From assembly GCA_964035545.1 (NCBI GenBank), contig OZ037771.1:6109190-6173189 (forward strand): 64,000 nucleotides of DNA, in the 5' to 3' direction. Source of the DNA: Bugula neritina (lineage: Eukaryota > Animalia > Bryozoa). This document shows positions 52,439 through 64,000 of this stretch, in pieces. Within the stretch, counting starts at the first letter, position 1. Every line of letters starts with the position of its first letter. Under the pieces are notes generated by a model. It was not told the DNA's origin and did not search any database. It saw only the letters and a program-made list of their open reading frames with translations. The translations under genes were made by a program, and so were the position numbers.

Positions 52439-55021
52439 GTCTTATGCTACTGCTGTCTTACATTTGGAACCATCTATTCACAGATATACTACTATCTTGG
52501 TGCATGTAGCTGAAACCTTAGTGATTTGAGATTTTGAATTGAAAAAATCAGCAATTTTAGGTAAATCCTGGTAAGCAAATTATACCTATCAGAAACTACT
52601 GTCAGCTACACTCTACCCAGTGAACTATATTAGTTAGCTATACCCTGCCTAGTGAACTATATTAGTTAGCCACACTCTGCCTAGTGAACTATATTAGTAA
52701 GCCACACTCTGACGAGTGAATTCCCAGGAAATGTATAGCACAAACCACCAACCTTCTCTCGGTTGTAGGAGATTCTTATGTGAAACAGAACATTCCTCGG
52801 AATGTTGATGACAAAACCAATCATCGGCCATGTCTGCCCACCCTGCAGAAGGCAAGGGTAGAATTCGAGTCAATTTTCTACAAATTATGTAATACCAACA
52901 TATACTACTATCAGCATGGTTCATATCGTGACCAACGGATATGCAGAGGCTTTAATTGCTTTACCCACAATGCACCAACAGAAAATAAATCCTACCTAAC
53001 ATAGCAACTAAAACTCCAAACTTACAAGCATTACCCCTGAACAGGGGTGAGAGTTTTCTTTATAAATAATGTGATTTCAGAGATAAAGTAATTGGACAAA
53101 ATGGCAAGTGAGTTCAAATTATATAAATGTAAACCTACAATCTCCACCTTTCTTATAAGCAGATGAATCGACTTCAATTCAAACAGCTACACAATGAGTA
53201 CTTATTATTTTTATGCAAATTCCAATTCTCACACCATTCACCTAACTTTCCAAGATAAAAATATGTATCAAATTGTATGTATTCTAATAAATTGAATGGT
53301 AAACTTAACAATTTAAACTTTCACTATAATTTATTTTTGTGTAAAATGCTAATGAATGATAACCAATCACCCACTAAGACATTTTTCCATTCTATAATTG
53401 CTATAAGTTTATAGAAATGACATAAATATTTACTTCTATATACTCTGCTGTTATGAAGACTTACAGATCATCACTGACAGTATACTTTAGTCTTAGTAGA
53501 GTATAAACTTCGGCTAAATTTAAAACATTTACATACTTGAGGTCTAGAATCGTCCGGCTACAGTGTCTACAGAGTAATGCCTTAGAGGATGAGAGAATAG
53601 GTGTTAATAAATCAGAGGTTCTGTGTGATACAGCTGTGTTAACTCCTTTATTCGCTTCATGAGTAGCATACCGCAGGCAAATGTCTTTCTGAAAGGGTAG
53701 ACAACTGGTAGAGACTTTATAAGACCAGAGAAAATTTAATTACATACTAAGAAATGATTGATAAATAATTTATAAAATATAATGTGAATAGGAGAACAAC
53801 AACATGCTAAATATTGTAAATGGCCATAGTTCAACATAGTATGATTACCATATTAAAATATGATATACAAAAATTGGTGAAAATTTGAAAGTATTATCGG
53901 TTTGCCAACAAAAAGTGAACACCAAACCATACACCTCAAAACTTGTTGCAATGAGACAGGCACATACCAACCCTGCAATTGGTGTTTATTTTCTCTCTAT
54001 CAGTTGGCAGTTGTAATGAATGTGAAAGTGGAGATAAATCCCATGTGATGGTAGAGGTACAGTCAACATAGGTGATACTAGTAGCTGTAACTGCAACTGT
54101 AGCACTACAAATAGTCAAAGCCAAGAATGTATAAAACCCTACAGCACCAAATCGGCCAACAATGTAGGGCACGTCTCTACCACTACTCCAACAATAAACT
54201 TTAAAAATGAACACCCTTACTAATGGAATGACAAGATTGAATAACCAGCAACTTAGGGCTAAATTTTTACTCTATTTAATTTTTTTAGTTCTACAAATAT
54301 TTCAACAGAATTGTTACAAATTAATTTCTTCTACTAGTTTTTCATTTACTAAGCATGAGCATCAACATTCCTTATTTAATATAAGAGGAACAAATAGGCA
54401 AAATAAATCATTAAAAAAAACAGACTGAAATATAGTTAAAAATTATAACAGCCTAGCCAAATGCAAGTCAGTAAAACATTAGTAGTTTACAGCAAAAGGG
54501 CAGTTAATTTCATTATACACATGCCTAATTTCAAATATTCTAGTATTGCTACTACATCAGTCTTAAAAGTACGCAAGTATCTGAAATTTGAATGACTCCT
54601 AAGATGGAAATAAAATAAATAAATTTGGAATTTATATTCTATTTCCTATTTAGTTATATTAACCGCCAAAACCATTAAATCAAAAATGCCAAATTACTAG
54701 TTAATTACAAAGATCTAGTAGAAGTTGTTATAAATTGCCAGGAAAAGCAATAATGTACAAAGTTTCAGCAAAATATTAGCCTTACAGCACTAAATTCAGA
54801 TGGAATAGAAAAGTATGCCATGTATAGGTGTTGAACAGTGCATAATTGTTGAGCAAAATAACTAGGCTGACTGGTGGGTATAAGTTTTACCAACTAGTAC
54901 AGTATTCCGTAGAATTGCTTTCACATTGGCCTTGAACCCTTTCATTAGTTTCGCCAACATTCAACACATAGCAAGATGAACAAGCTAAAAGACACTTCAG
55001 CTCTACAAGTAATTTCTTCAT
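49436..55021 (-). CDS. UBE3D: E3 ubiquitin-protein ligase E3D (HECT_2 family), ~10 exons; last exon and one junction uncertain
   Basis: Exons give MKKLLVELK..., LLCRHCSRTIL, RILPLPSAGWADMADDWFCHQH, LLQPREGDLLVG, CAHCGNHLG, VWIIEKD...VVKVMY and LSLPQISCTELLETLHQNNLALPNTMR, the ordered motif set of UBE3D. Confidence 0.8.
49790..49978. repeat. 21-bp tandem repeat
   Basis: Unit AGTATTAGTAAGAGTAGTTAT. Confidence 0.9.
50411..50698. repeat. 15-bp tandem repeat filling a UBE3D intron
   Basis: Unit TAGTATAGCATATAG, ~19 copies. Confidence 0.93.
51879..52180. repeat. 34-bp minisatellite, ~9 copies
   Basis: Unit AGTTATAGAACACAACTCCTACCTTAACACAT with variants. Confidence 0.9.
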
Positions 55022-57465
55022 AGCTCAAACCTAAAACAGTAGACAACATTTAAAATAAACTGAATTTCTTTGAGATCAATAGAGAGACTGATAATTCAAA
55101 TTGACCTTCTACTGCTTCCTTAGTACTAGTGAAACAATTTGAATAATTGAGATTGTCACAAAATAGTATTGACTTACAGTTACTAGGCTTTATATCGTTG
55201 AATATTTTAAACTTAAAAAATTAAAACTATAGTTTAGGCAGTAATAATTATTATTACTTAGAATAGACAGTTGTTACTACTAACCACTAATGACTCACCA
55301 TTATTATGATTAAATGATCAATATTTAGTATTTACATTAAATTTAATATTATGATAATCATAATGATTATAACTAATTCTGTGAGTATAACTATGAGCAT
55401 AAGATAAAGTATAACTTATTAATTATAATACTTACACTATTTTATTGAAAAAATTATTTTATGAGTATTAACACTAACAGTAAGTAAAAGTAAATAGTAA
55501 AGTTAAATAATTTAAGACTATGGTAATAACATAACAAGCAAAACATTATGATTATTATCCTAAATTATTATAATTACTATTGAGACTATCATTATTAATA
55601 CCATTATGTTGTTTAAATTATTAGAGTAAATTAAGTAATAATTACAATTTTAATACTATTGGTACTATTAGACTTAGAGTTAGTATTACTATTAGTAATA
55701 CTATTCCTAATACTATTAGTATTAGTATCAACTTTAACAATACAAATATGAATAGCATTGACTGTATTACTATTACTATTAATATTAGTATTAGTAATTT
55801 ATTAATACATAATGATAAAGTGATAAACTTAAACTTTAACTTTAAGTATTAGACTTAGTGCTATCACTATGAGTATGACTATGAGTATGAGTAAAACTAA
55901 AAGTAAGAGTGACTAAGACTTATACTTATAGTTACTGTTAGTGTTAGACAAACAGTAACTCTAAATCCAATACTAATAGTAATAGTAATACCAATAGTAA
56001 TACTAATAGTAATACCAATACTAATACTAATAGACATAGTAATACTAATACAGTAATACTAATAATACTAATAGTAATAGTAATACTAATACTAATAGTA
56101 ATACTAATACAGTAATACTAATAGTAATAGTAATACAGTAATACTAATAGTAATAGTAATACTAATAGTAATACTTATACTAATAGTAAATGTAATACTT
56201 ATAGAGTTATACTAAATCTAATACTTATACTAGACTAGGAGTAAGAGTAATACTAATAGTAAATGTAATACTATTACATTTACTATTACTATTACTAATA
56301 GTAATAGTAAATCACTAAATGTAATAGTAATAGTAATACTTATAATATTAAAATGATTATGTTAATTATATTTATTATTTTATACTTATTGACTATTGTT
56401 TCAGTTTGTCACATTATGATTCTCATTATCATTATGATCTTTTATTTTTAATAGTATAATTTTAAATTTTGTATTAATAATTAAACGACCTTGACACCTT
56501 GAAAGTGGAAGCGGTCTAGGTTGAAGAGTCAAAGGTCACATACACTGAGCTGGAATAGACCTGGAGAGGCCAAGGACGTTTTAGCGTGGTCAAATAGTTT
56601 AGCTCCGCCTTAACATGGTATACTCAACCACGCCTACTTGTTTTGCACACAGCAGTAGTAGTAAAATCCATTATAAATGCAAGCTATTAGAGCTTATAAA
56701 TTAAGGTAAACACTAAAAAATAGTGAAAACTCAGCACTGTGAACCAGGAACCAAAGCTTTTAATCATCCAATGTCTGAAACATATCTTAATTTTTTAAAC
56801 ATAACTGCATTAGTATAGGACATAATCCTTGGAATAACTCTTTACACATGATACCCTGTGTTAAGCCTGAATCTATCTAACTTTGATAACAAAGTAATTC
56901 TGTATTGTATAAGGTACAGAGTTGACAGTGTAATGGAGGACTGTGTTGTTCTCATGAAGCTTGTGTGGAGGTCACTAATTCTTGAACATTGCACCATTCC
57001 TATAAGCTAATTATTGTAAGTGAAGTTTTAATTTCATGACTAATTAGCATTTTATGAAACATGTACCTCAAGTATATATGATAATAACTTTAATAACCTA
57101 ACAAATGCATTACATATTTATTGATTAGATCAACACATTAGTCCAAATGAAATGAAAAGCAACAGCAAAGCAAATTTCAGCCTTAGTACATGAAAACTGA
57201 CAGTAAGGATAACAAGTATAAAAGTTTATAAATAATATAAAAAAACCGGTGGTAAGACACAGCTTTACAACACAGGCAAGTAACGGATTTCCTTAAACCT
57301 TTCAAAGTTTTAAATTCTGTTTTCAAGTGCTAATCTGAAAGCAATAAGTGATTAAAATAGAGTTACAGAATAAACAAAACATAATATATTGCAATAACAA
57401 TATTTGTTATTATCTAATGTTATAATATAAATACTGTTGTAATAACTTCTAAACGATTAATTACC

Positions 57466-58909
57466 CACATCCTTATTACTGGTCTCTAAACAGTACACTT
57501 TTGTTGCTACATTGCCTGAAATTTAGTTAGTGCATAGCAATATTTGTTAGTTTAGCAATGTGGTGCTGGAATAAGTCATAATATACTTCAATGAGTAAAT
57601 TTAAAAGGGAGAAATGATGATTTTCGATGCCTAATGATGTTTCCATGAATAGCAGTTGTGCTATCTAATGGCTTAGAATTTCCTGAGTTGCCTGGATGTA
57701 CACCACATCGGGTCACCAATTTTCTAAAGATAGACTGAAAGCCAGTTACAGATGGGTTATTACTCCATCCACCTAAAACAGATATTAAAAAAATGCTTGG
57801 ACATCAATTGCCTGTTCACAATTAATGATTGGATTATGTTTACCCAGAAAAAATGATGTTTTTTAGAACACAAGCAAAACCTTGCATGCAATTAAGCCAA
57901 AAAAAGTCATTTAATTAAAAAATGCACAATTGCTTTGACACCACAGTTTTGGAAATTTTTGAAAATTCATTATCTTTGTCACTTGGTATTCAAAAGTTAA
58001 TAAAATATACTTCATATTGCATGCATTTTAACCACTAAGCTCATGCAAAAAAATTCACTTTTCAACACAGTTGGTCCAACCGACCATCTTAGTTGCACCT
58101 ATCAAAGCAAAGTGAAAAACCGAACACCCGAAGGAAAGAGATAAGAGAGTAAGAGAACAAATAAACATGTTAACAAAAGTGCAGGCAGACTGGGCTTCAT
58201 GCATAGCTGTTCAGAGCTATAGCATACCACAGCTCTAAATGGTCTTGCGAAAATTTATACATTAGCAGATAGTCGAGCGTTTTAGGCACCAACAGTTTCT
58301 CCACCAACCCAAATACTGTGTCAATGGCACATACAAGTCCAGTAATACAAACATGTCTGTAAATAACACAAATAGGGACAGGCACATATTAGATCTGAAA
58401 TATAAGCAAGTAACACTTTCTATGTTAATAGGAAATTTACCTTTTGGTCTTGTACAGAGGTATCCCTTCATTATTCTTTAGGCCTAGCAAATATTGCCGT
58501 GTATCTTTCAGAAAAGGAGTGATGACACTGATACCATTTAGATGTAAAGGCTGCTTGTAGCCTTTAGCTATTGCCGATCGACTATTTAGGATGTCAAACA
58601 ACCAATCAACTCGCTACAGAAAAAGTAACATCAGCAGAACATGGGACGATTGCAGTTACAGTATTTTAAAGAAATAAAACCAAAAGCTGTAACAAACCCT
58701 AATGAAGTTGATGGTAGCATCACACTGCTGGAATTCAGAGAGTCCCAACTGTTTCAGCGTATTTAGTGAGTAAGCCACTGAAGCTGACAGCAACTGGGTA
58801 GCAAGAGACACCTGAGTAGATGACACAATAAAGATATTAGTTCAACACTCAATTATAACTGCATTGCCAAAGTAGCGCTCTACTAGTAGTAGTAGTAGCA
58901 GCAGTAGGC

Positions 58910-58993
<84 letters not shown>

Positions 58994-59225
58994 CAGTAGG
59001 CTAGTAGTAGTAGTAGCAGTAGGCTAGTAGTGGTAGTAGCAGTAGGCTAGTAGTAGCAGTAGGCTAGTAGTAGTAGTAGCAGTAGGCTAGTAGTAGTAGT
59101 AGTAGTAGGCTAGTAGTGGTAGTAGCAGTAGGCTAGTAGTAGTAGTAGCAGCAGTAGGCTAGTAGTGGTAGTAGCAGTAGGCTTGTAGTAGTAGTAGGCT
59201 AGTAGTAGTAGTAGTAGCAGTAGGC

Positions 59226-59267
<42 letters not shown>

Positions 59268-59312
59268 GCTAGTAGTAGTAGTAGTAGGCTAGTAGTAGTA
59301 GTAGCAGTAGGC

Positions 59313-59345
<33 letters not shown>

Positions 59346-59980
59346 GCTAGTAGTAGTAGTAGTAGGCTAGTAGTAGTAGTAGCAGTAGGCTAGTAGTAGT
59401 AGTAGCAGTAGGCTAGTAGTAGTAGTAGTAGGCTAGTAGTAGTAGTAGCAGTAGGCTAGTAGTAGTAGTGGTAGTAGTAGGCTAGTAGTAGTAGTAGGCT
59501 AGTACTAGTAGTAGTAGTAGCAGTAGGCTAGTAGTAGTAGTGGTAGTAGTAGGCTAGTAGTAGTAGTAGGCTAGTACTAGTAGTAGTAGCAGTAGGCTAG
59601 TAGTAGTAGTAGTAGTAGCAGCAGTAGCAGCAGCAGTAGTAGTAGTAGCATTAGTAGTAGTACTATCATACTGATACTGTAAGTATAACATTAGCCATTA
59701 GCCTTAGGCTTAGCTATTACTACTACTAGTAGTAGTAGTAGGGTACTACTAGTAGGCAGCAGCACCGCTACCACAACTATTAAGCCTACTGTTACGCTAG
59801 TTCATGTATTACTTTTACTGATTGTTGTAACTAAAGCCATATACTTACTTGTGAAAAGAGATTTTTTGTCTTTATGTAACTGCTGTACTGGTAGTTGCGG
59901 CAACTGTATGCATAACACTGAGACCCAGTGGTCTTGCTTCTTTGACCCTTAGTTTGCTTAGGATACGGAGAATTCGACAT
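57466..59980 (-). pseudogene. Intron-containing P-element/THAP9-like transposase, internally deleted and frameshifted
   Basis: Exon 59980-59849 carries the THAP start CYAYSCRN...(frameshift)ISFHK. Later exons read VSLATQLLSASVA, LFDILNSR...KGYKQPL, YLLMYKFSQDHLEL and GGWSNNPS..F..IFRKL. The rest of the THAP domain and the N-terminal catalytic region are missing, and there are stops near the 3' end. Confidence 0.82.
58882..59650. repeat. (AGT)n / AGTAGGCT compound microsatellite
   Basis: ~770 bp of visible repeat inside the transposase relic. Confidence 0.96.
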
Positions 59981-60553
59981 GTTTAACGAAGTAGAGGTGA
60001 TAGAGAACACAATTAAATAAAAATATAGTTGCTTGAGATATAAAGCAGGACAAAAAACAAAGTTTAAAAGTGAGATTCACTCAATCGAAATGATGGACGA
60101 CCGGCTCTATTTTCTCCCGCTAGAAAAAGAGCATGCTCGGGCTCACAAAGCCAATCGGCAACGAGGTTACATTACAAAGTACACCCGTACCCATTCCAGA
60201 TATTATTGAGTTCGATGGTCACATATATTACCCTAAGCTAGGATTATAGAGTTGTCGTGTCTACAAGTAGTGTGACTTCAACGAAATAGAAAGATAACTT
60301 CATTATGGTCAAAAGTCATAAAAAAAACTAGAAAAATCTAACAATTTTATCATTGAACTTTTGCATAAACTATTACTGCCTAGACAGCTCTAATAACAAA
60401 AACCTTTTAAGTTTTATTGTATGTATGCATGTTGCTGTAGTAACTAAATACATGGAGTTATCCTACCTAAAACACTGTGCAGTATACACTATAATTTTTA
60501 TAATGTTGTCATGTTCACTACGACATACATTTTGAGAGTAATTAGATTTCTTT

Positions 60554-60594
60554 TACTTCCGGTACCCCAGCGAAGTGGATTCTAATTCCTTTTT
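60554..60594 (+). promoter_or_regulatory. TCTP core promoter: ETS site (ACTTCCGG) and TCT/5'TOP initiator (TTCCTTTTT)
   Basis: Pyrimidine tract at 60586-60594, ~35 nt before the ATG. TCTP is an established TOP mRNA. Confidence 0.65.
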
Positions 60595-60624
60595 GAGAAA
60601 TTCCATCTCCATCCATCCGCCACA

Positions 60625-62788
60625 ATGATCATATACAAGGATATAATTTCTGGTAAGATTACTCATAAAGAATTTAAACAAAATAAGGTCGTATTCTTTA
60701 TGTCTATTGACACTTTCATTGTAGTTCAATGTAGCGATTGGAAGATACAATAAAAATAACTTCTGTGATTATCGCGATCATGATCATAATGAAATGATAA
60801 GTCAAAATTATTCTAATAATCAATTTAGAATTAATGTTACTTTTAGTTTCTTTGACTATTAGTATTAGAGTATTACTGATTACATATTGGTAATGATATA
60901 CATTCTACTACCAGTACACCGCTACACGATGATAAAATTAAATGATAAATCCAACTTAAACTGGGCAGATTTTCATTTAGTGTTATGAAGAGTAAATGTA
61001 ATACTGTTTTAGTTTTACTAGATATAATACTAATATTAATTTTAGTATTAAAGCTAAATTAAAATAGTATTATTATTATACTTGTTTCTTTTAAATTGAA
61101 ACAGAATGACTATGAGAATGTCATGTGTAATTGTAAAGGTTAAAGTTAAACATAAACATAAAGTAGCAAAAAATATTTTTTACCCTAGGGCTAGTACTAG
61201 TAGTAGTTTGTAAAATATTAAAACAATTATTCAATTCAATACTCTTGATACCTTTTGGCTTTTACTTTTAGTGACAATTTTTCAACTTTACATACTATCA
61301 ATGAATCACTGGCAAGGATATAATACATTAATAGTTTCAGCATTTAGCTCACTCACAAAAGTTTAGAGTCGCTATCCCTGTGAGAAACCCCAATTATGAC
61401 TGGATGCTCTTCCTAACATCACCAATGGCCGTTGTTGGGGTTTGAACCCGTGACTTCGTGTTCACAAAGCAAATGCTCTAACCCCTAGACCACTGCTGCT
61501 CCCTAGTTTCAGCATTTAACTTGATGTTTTATTTACAGGTGATGAACTCTTCACTGATGCATTCAAATTCAAAGTAGAGAATGGTATAATTGAGATGGAC
61601 ACTAAAAAAGTATCTAAGAAAACAGATGACATTGATGATTCCTTGATTGGTGGTAATGCTAGTGCTGAGGAGGCGGCAGAGGAAACAGAAGGCGCAACAG
61701 AGAGCGGTTATGAAATTGTATTGGCCAACAAACTTCAACAGATGCCACCATTTGATAAGAAGGGATATTTGGTAAGTAACTACTCAATATTATATTATTC
61801 ATTCAGTTTTTACTGTAGTATAAAAAATAAACGCTAAAATCATTTATTATTATTGGTTTTACCTGGATTACTCCTCAACGTATGCACCTTTGTCATGATT
61901 TTAGTAAGTCAACCAGAAGCTTAAACTTTTGGGATTTTAAATAATGCAAAAATGGACATCAGCTAAAGATGTTCATCATTTACAGTATTTTATTTAAAAG
62001 GATGTTTTCGAAAGTTGATTGAATGTTTTGTGTGTAACACGTAGACTGGATTATGATTGGTTGATTACATTTTGTGTGTATACAACTAAAATGTGCCATT
62101 GAAATCCACAGGCTCATCTCAAAGGTTATCTAAAAGCTGTTGAAGCCAAGATGAAAGAAAATGGAAAGAGTGAAGAAGCCATAGCAAACTTCAAAACAAA
62201 TGCAACTGCACATGCTAAAAAAATAGTCAAAAACATTTCAGAAATGGAAGTATTTACTGGTAAGTTGTCTTTGTATTGTAGCTAAATTTATATTATTTCT
62301 TCCTGAATGGCTTTACTTAAATAAATGCTCCACTGTCATATTCTGCTGACTATTTCCCAGGGCTAACACAGTAACTCGTGAAGTACCTATTCTTCTTAGA
62401 CTGAATGTTAAAAGTTTTCACATTGCTTACTACTACAAACTTGTATATACAACAAGCTGTGTATGGTGAACGCTGTCCTTATATAATAATCAAGCCCCAA
62501 TAGATATTAACCCAGGCATGGTGTAAATACAGATGTCATTAAATGTATTGCTACAACTCTTATTCAATGAATATCAAAGTTGGTGTCGGAAAGATTTCAG
62601 ATATAACTTATGGAATGACAACTTCGAACTGTTTCTTATTAAAATATATATTTTAAAGACATTCTGCCTTTGTTTCAGGAGAGTCCACAAATCCTGACGG
62701 CATGCAGGTTTTGATTGATTACCGTGAAGATGGTATTACACCTTTCGCTATCTTCTTTGAGGAAGGACTGGAGGCTGAAAAGGCATAA
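60625..62788 (+). CDS. TPT1: Translationally controlled tumour protein, 172 aa. Exons: 60625-60652, 61539-61771, 62112-62259, 62679-62788
   Basis: [25 protein letters not shown] and [11 protein letters not shown]...DYREDG.TP..IFF..GL..EK motifs. Phases consistent. AATAAA at ~62959. Confidence 0.97.
61347..61503 (-). mobile_element. tRNA-derived SINE with 15-bp target-site duplication
   Basis: Minus strand GGGAGCAGCAGTGGTCTAGGGGTTAG (A-box) ... GGTTCAAACC (B-box), flanked by exact TAGTTTCAGCATTTA at 61332-61346 and 61504-61518. Confidence 0.88.
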
Positions 62789-63493
62789 ACACAACTTTTC
62801 ATTGGTCTAATGCTCTCTGTGGGGTACCGAATGCTTTTAAAATCTGAACAGTATCATTGTGCAATGAACCAAACCTATTTGCTTGTGCCACTTAAACTAC
62901 TTCAATGCAGAATGTGTCTTTTATTTATTGGAGCCTTTTTAATTTTATAAATTGTACCAATAAAATTCTTTAGGTTACATTCTTAACTAGCTGTATTTCA
63001 TATTTGATAGGGTGTGTGAAAATAAAGGGTTTGCTTTATATATATAATAGAAAATTCACTATATATGTGTAAAAATGAAAACATAAGTTAGAGATGTTCA
63101 AAAGCAAGTTTCTACCTCACAATAATTCTTATCTAAATCAGGTTTGCTGTTCTTGGTTTGATACTGGGAAAAGAACATGACTAGTCTATGAAGTACAATT
63201 TAAGAAATAATATACATGTTGATGGGTGCTGTAATTGTTGCATTAAACTGCCTTGATGCCTCAATGTAGTCCATAAATATGTATGGGATTGTGACATTTA
63301 TTACTCATTTAAAACTTTTGGTAATGAACAGCCTTTCAAAACATCAGTTGCACTATATTATATTGATGATTAGTTTGCAAAGAAATACAAAAACTAAATA
63401 AGAAACAATTTTTGTATAAAGAGATAGTTGTTATATAACAAAATATTTAAAATTTAAGGATAAATAAAAATGGTGTATTTTATTTTCGTACAG

Positions 63494-63980
63494 ACGGTAG
63501 CCATATTTACTCGAAAGGAGATAGAAGTTTCTGAGTATCTTCAGACTGCCGGCCCATCTGTTTATAAAAGTAAAATGGGTTTCTGGACTACAATACAAAT
63601 AAAATCATTGCTTAGCATATAATATAAATTATAATTTTAGATGGTAACGCTGCTGATATATCACTATCGAAACATGTATTACAGCTGCACTTGATTGTAT
63701 TGCTTGAGCTGTTCACACATATTTAGCTTGCTCAATAAAACTTCAGTAATCACATTTAGAACAAGAAGTCTTGCTGAAACTATTTTGTTACAGAACTTAT
63801 CTGAGTTTTCCAGTCTACAGCAATCAGAAGTAAAATATCTTGACTAGACTTTTTATAGTTCTAGATTTTATAAGAAAATTAAACAAACATCAATAAAAGT
63901 TTTTGTCAACAGAGTGGAGATGTGAGACTTACTAGTATTTATTGTGATAAGGCTGTGGATACCAGCAAAACATTTAAATG
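63494..63980 (+). CDS. Possible short exons of an unidentified gene
   Basis: Four short AG-preceded segments (three with a GT donor) join in phase as TVAIFTRKEIEVSEYLQTAGPSVYK / NGNAADISLSKH / NLSEFSSLQQSE / SGDVRLTSIYC. No recognisable family. Confidence 0.3.
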
Positions 63981-64000
63981 ACAATTTTCTTACTTTTTAC

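Noticed and set aside
56554-60111. P-element TIR pair AATAGACCTGG / CCGGCTCTATT
   Set aside because: Only 9 of 11 positions match and there is no 8-bp TSD.
61420-61503. tRNA gene
   Set aside because: The acceptor stem does not close, it carries a non-tRNA body and a TSD, and a second diverged copy exists, so it is a SINE.
61940-62072. H/ACA snoRNA in a TCTP intron (vertebrate TPT1 hosts SNORA31)
   Set aside because: A 9-bp stem, an ANANNA and an ACA are present, but the spacing is ~20 nt rather than 14-16 and the second stem is mostly G-U. It needs an Infernal or snoReport run before any call.

Overview
AT-rich, intron-containing eukaryotic DNA from an invertebrate animal. A lophotrochozoan is plausible but is only an inference. 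From left to right the window holds: the last 4 exons of an ionotropic glutamate receptor (+); a 2-exon orphan secreted-protein gene (-); a Harbinger/Tourist-type MITE; a complete SREBP gene (-, 18 coding exons, ~1053 aa); a KCTD8/12/16-type BTB gene (-); a ~12.6-kb patchwork block; UBE3D (-); a decayed intron-containing THAP/P-element transposase (-); and TCTP (+). The SREBP gene hosts an exact miR-33 hairpin in its third-last intron and has a perfect SRE-1 (ATCACCCCAC), CCAAT box and E-box in its own promoter. The patchwork block is bracketed by a ~1.2-kb direct duplication. It contains a solo LTR, a perfect hairpin, coiled-coil pseudo-exons and a chimeric retroelement in which a CR1/L2-like LINE AP-endonuclease is fused in frame to the Gag of a Gmr1-type (PRO-INT-RT order) gypsy element that has lost its RT. 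Many introns carry minisatellites next to splice sites, and the promoter-proximal first introns share an odd TAA/TAG/AGT-rich low-complexity signature. Exon structures were assembled by eye from GT-AG sites and reading-frame phase; no database search was run.
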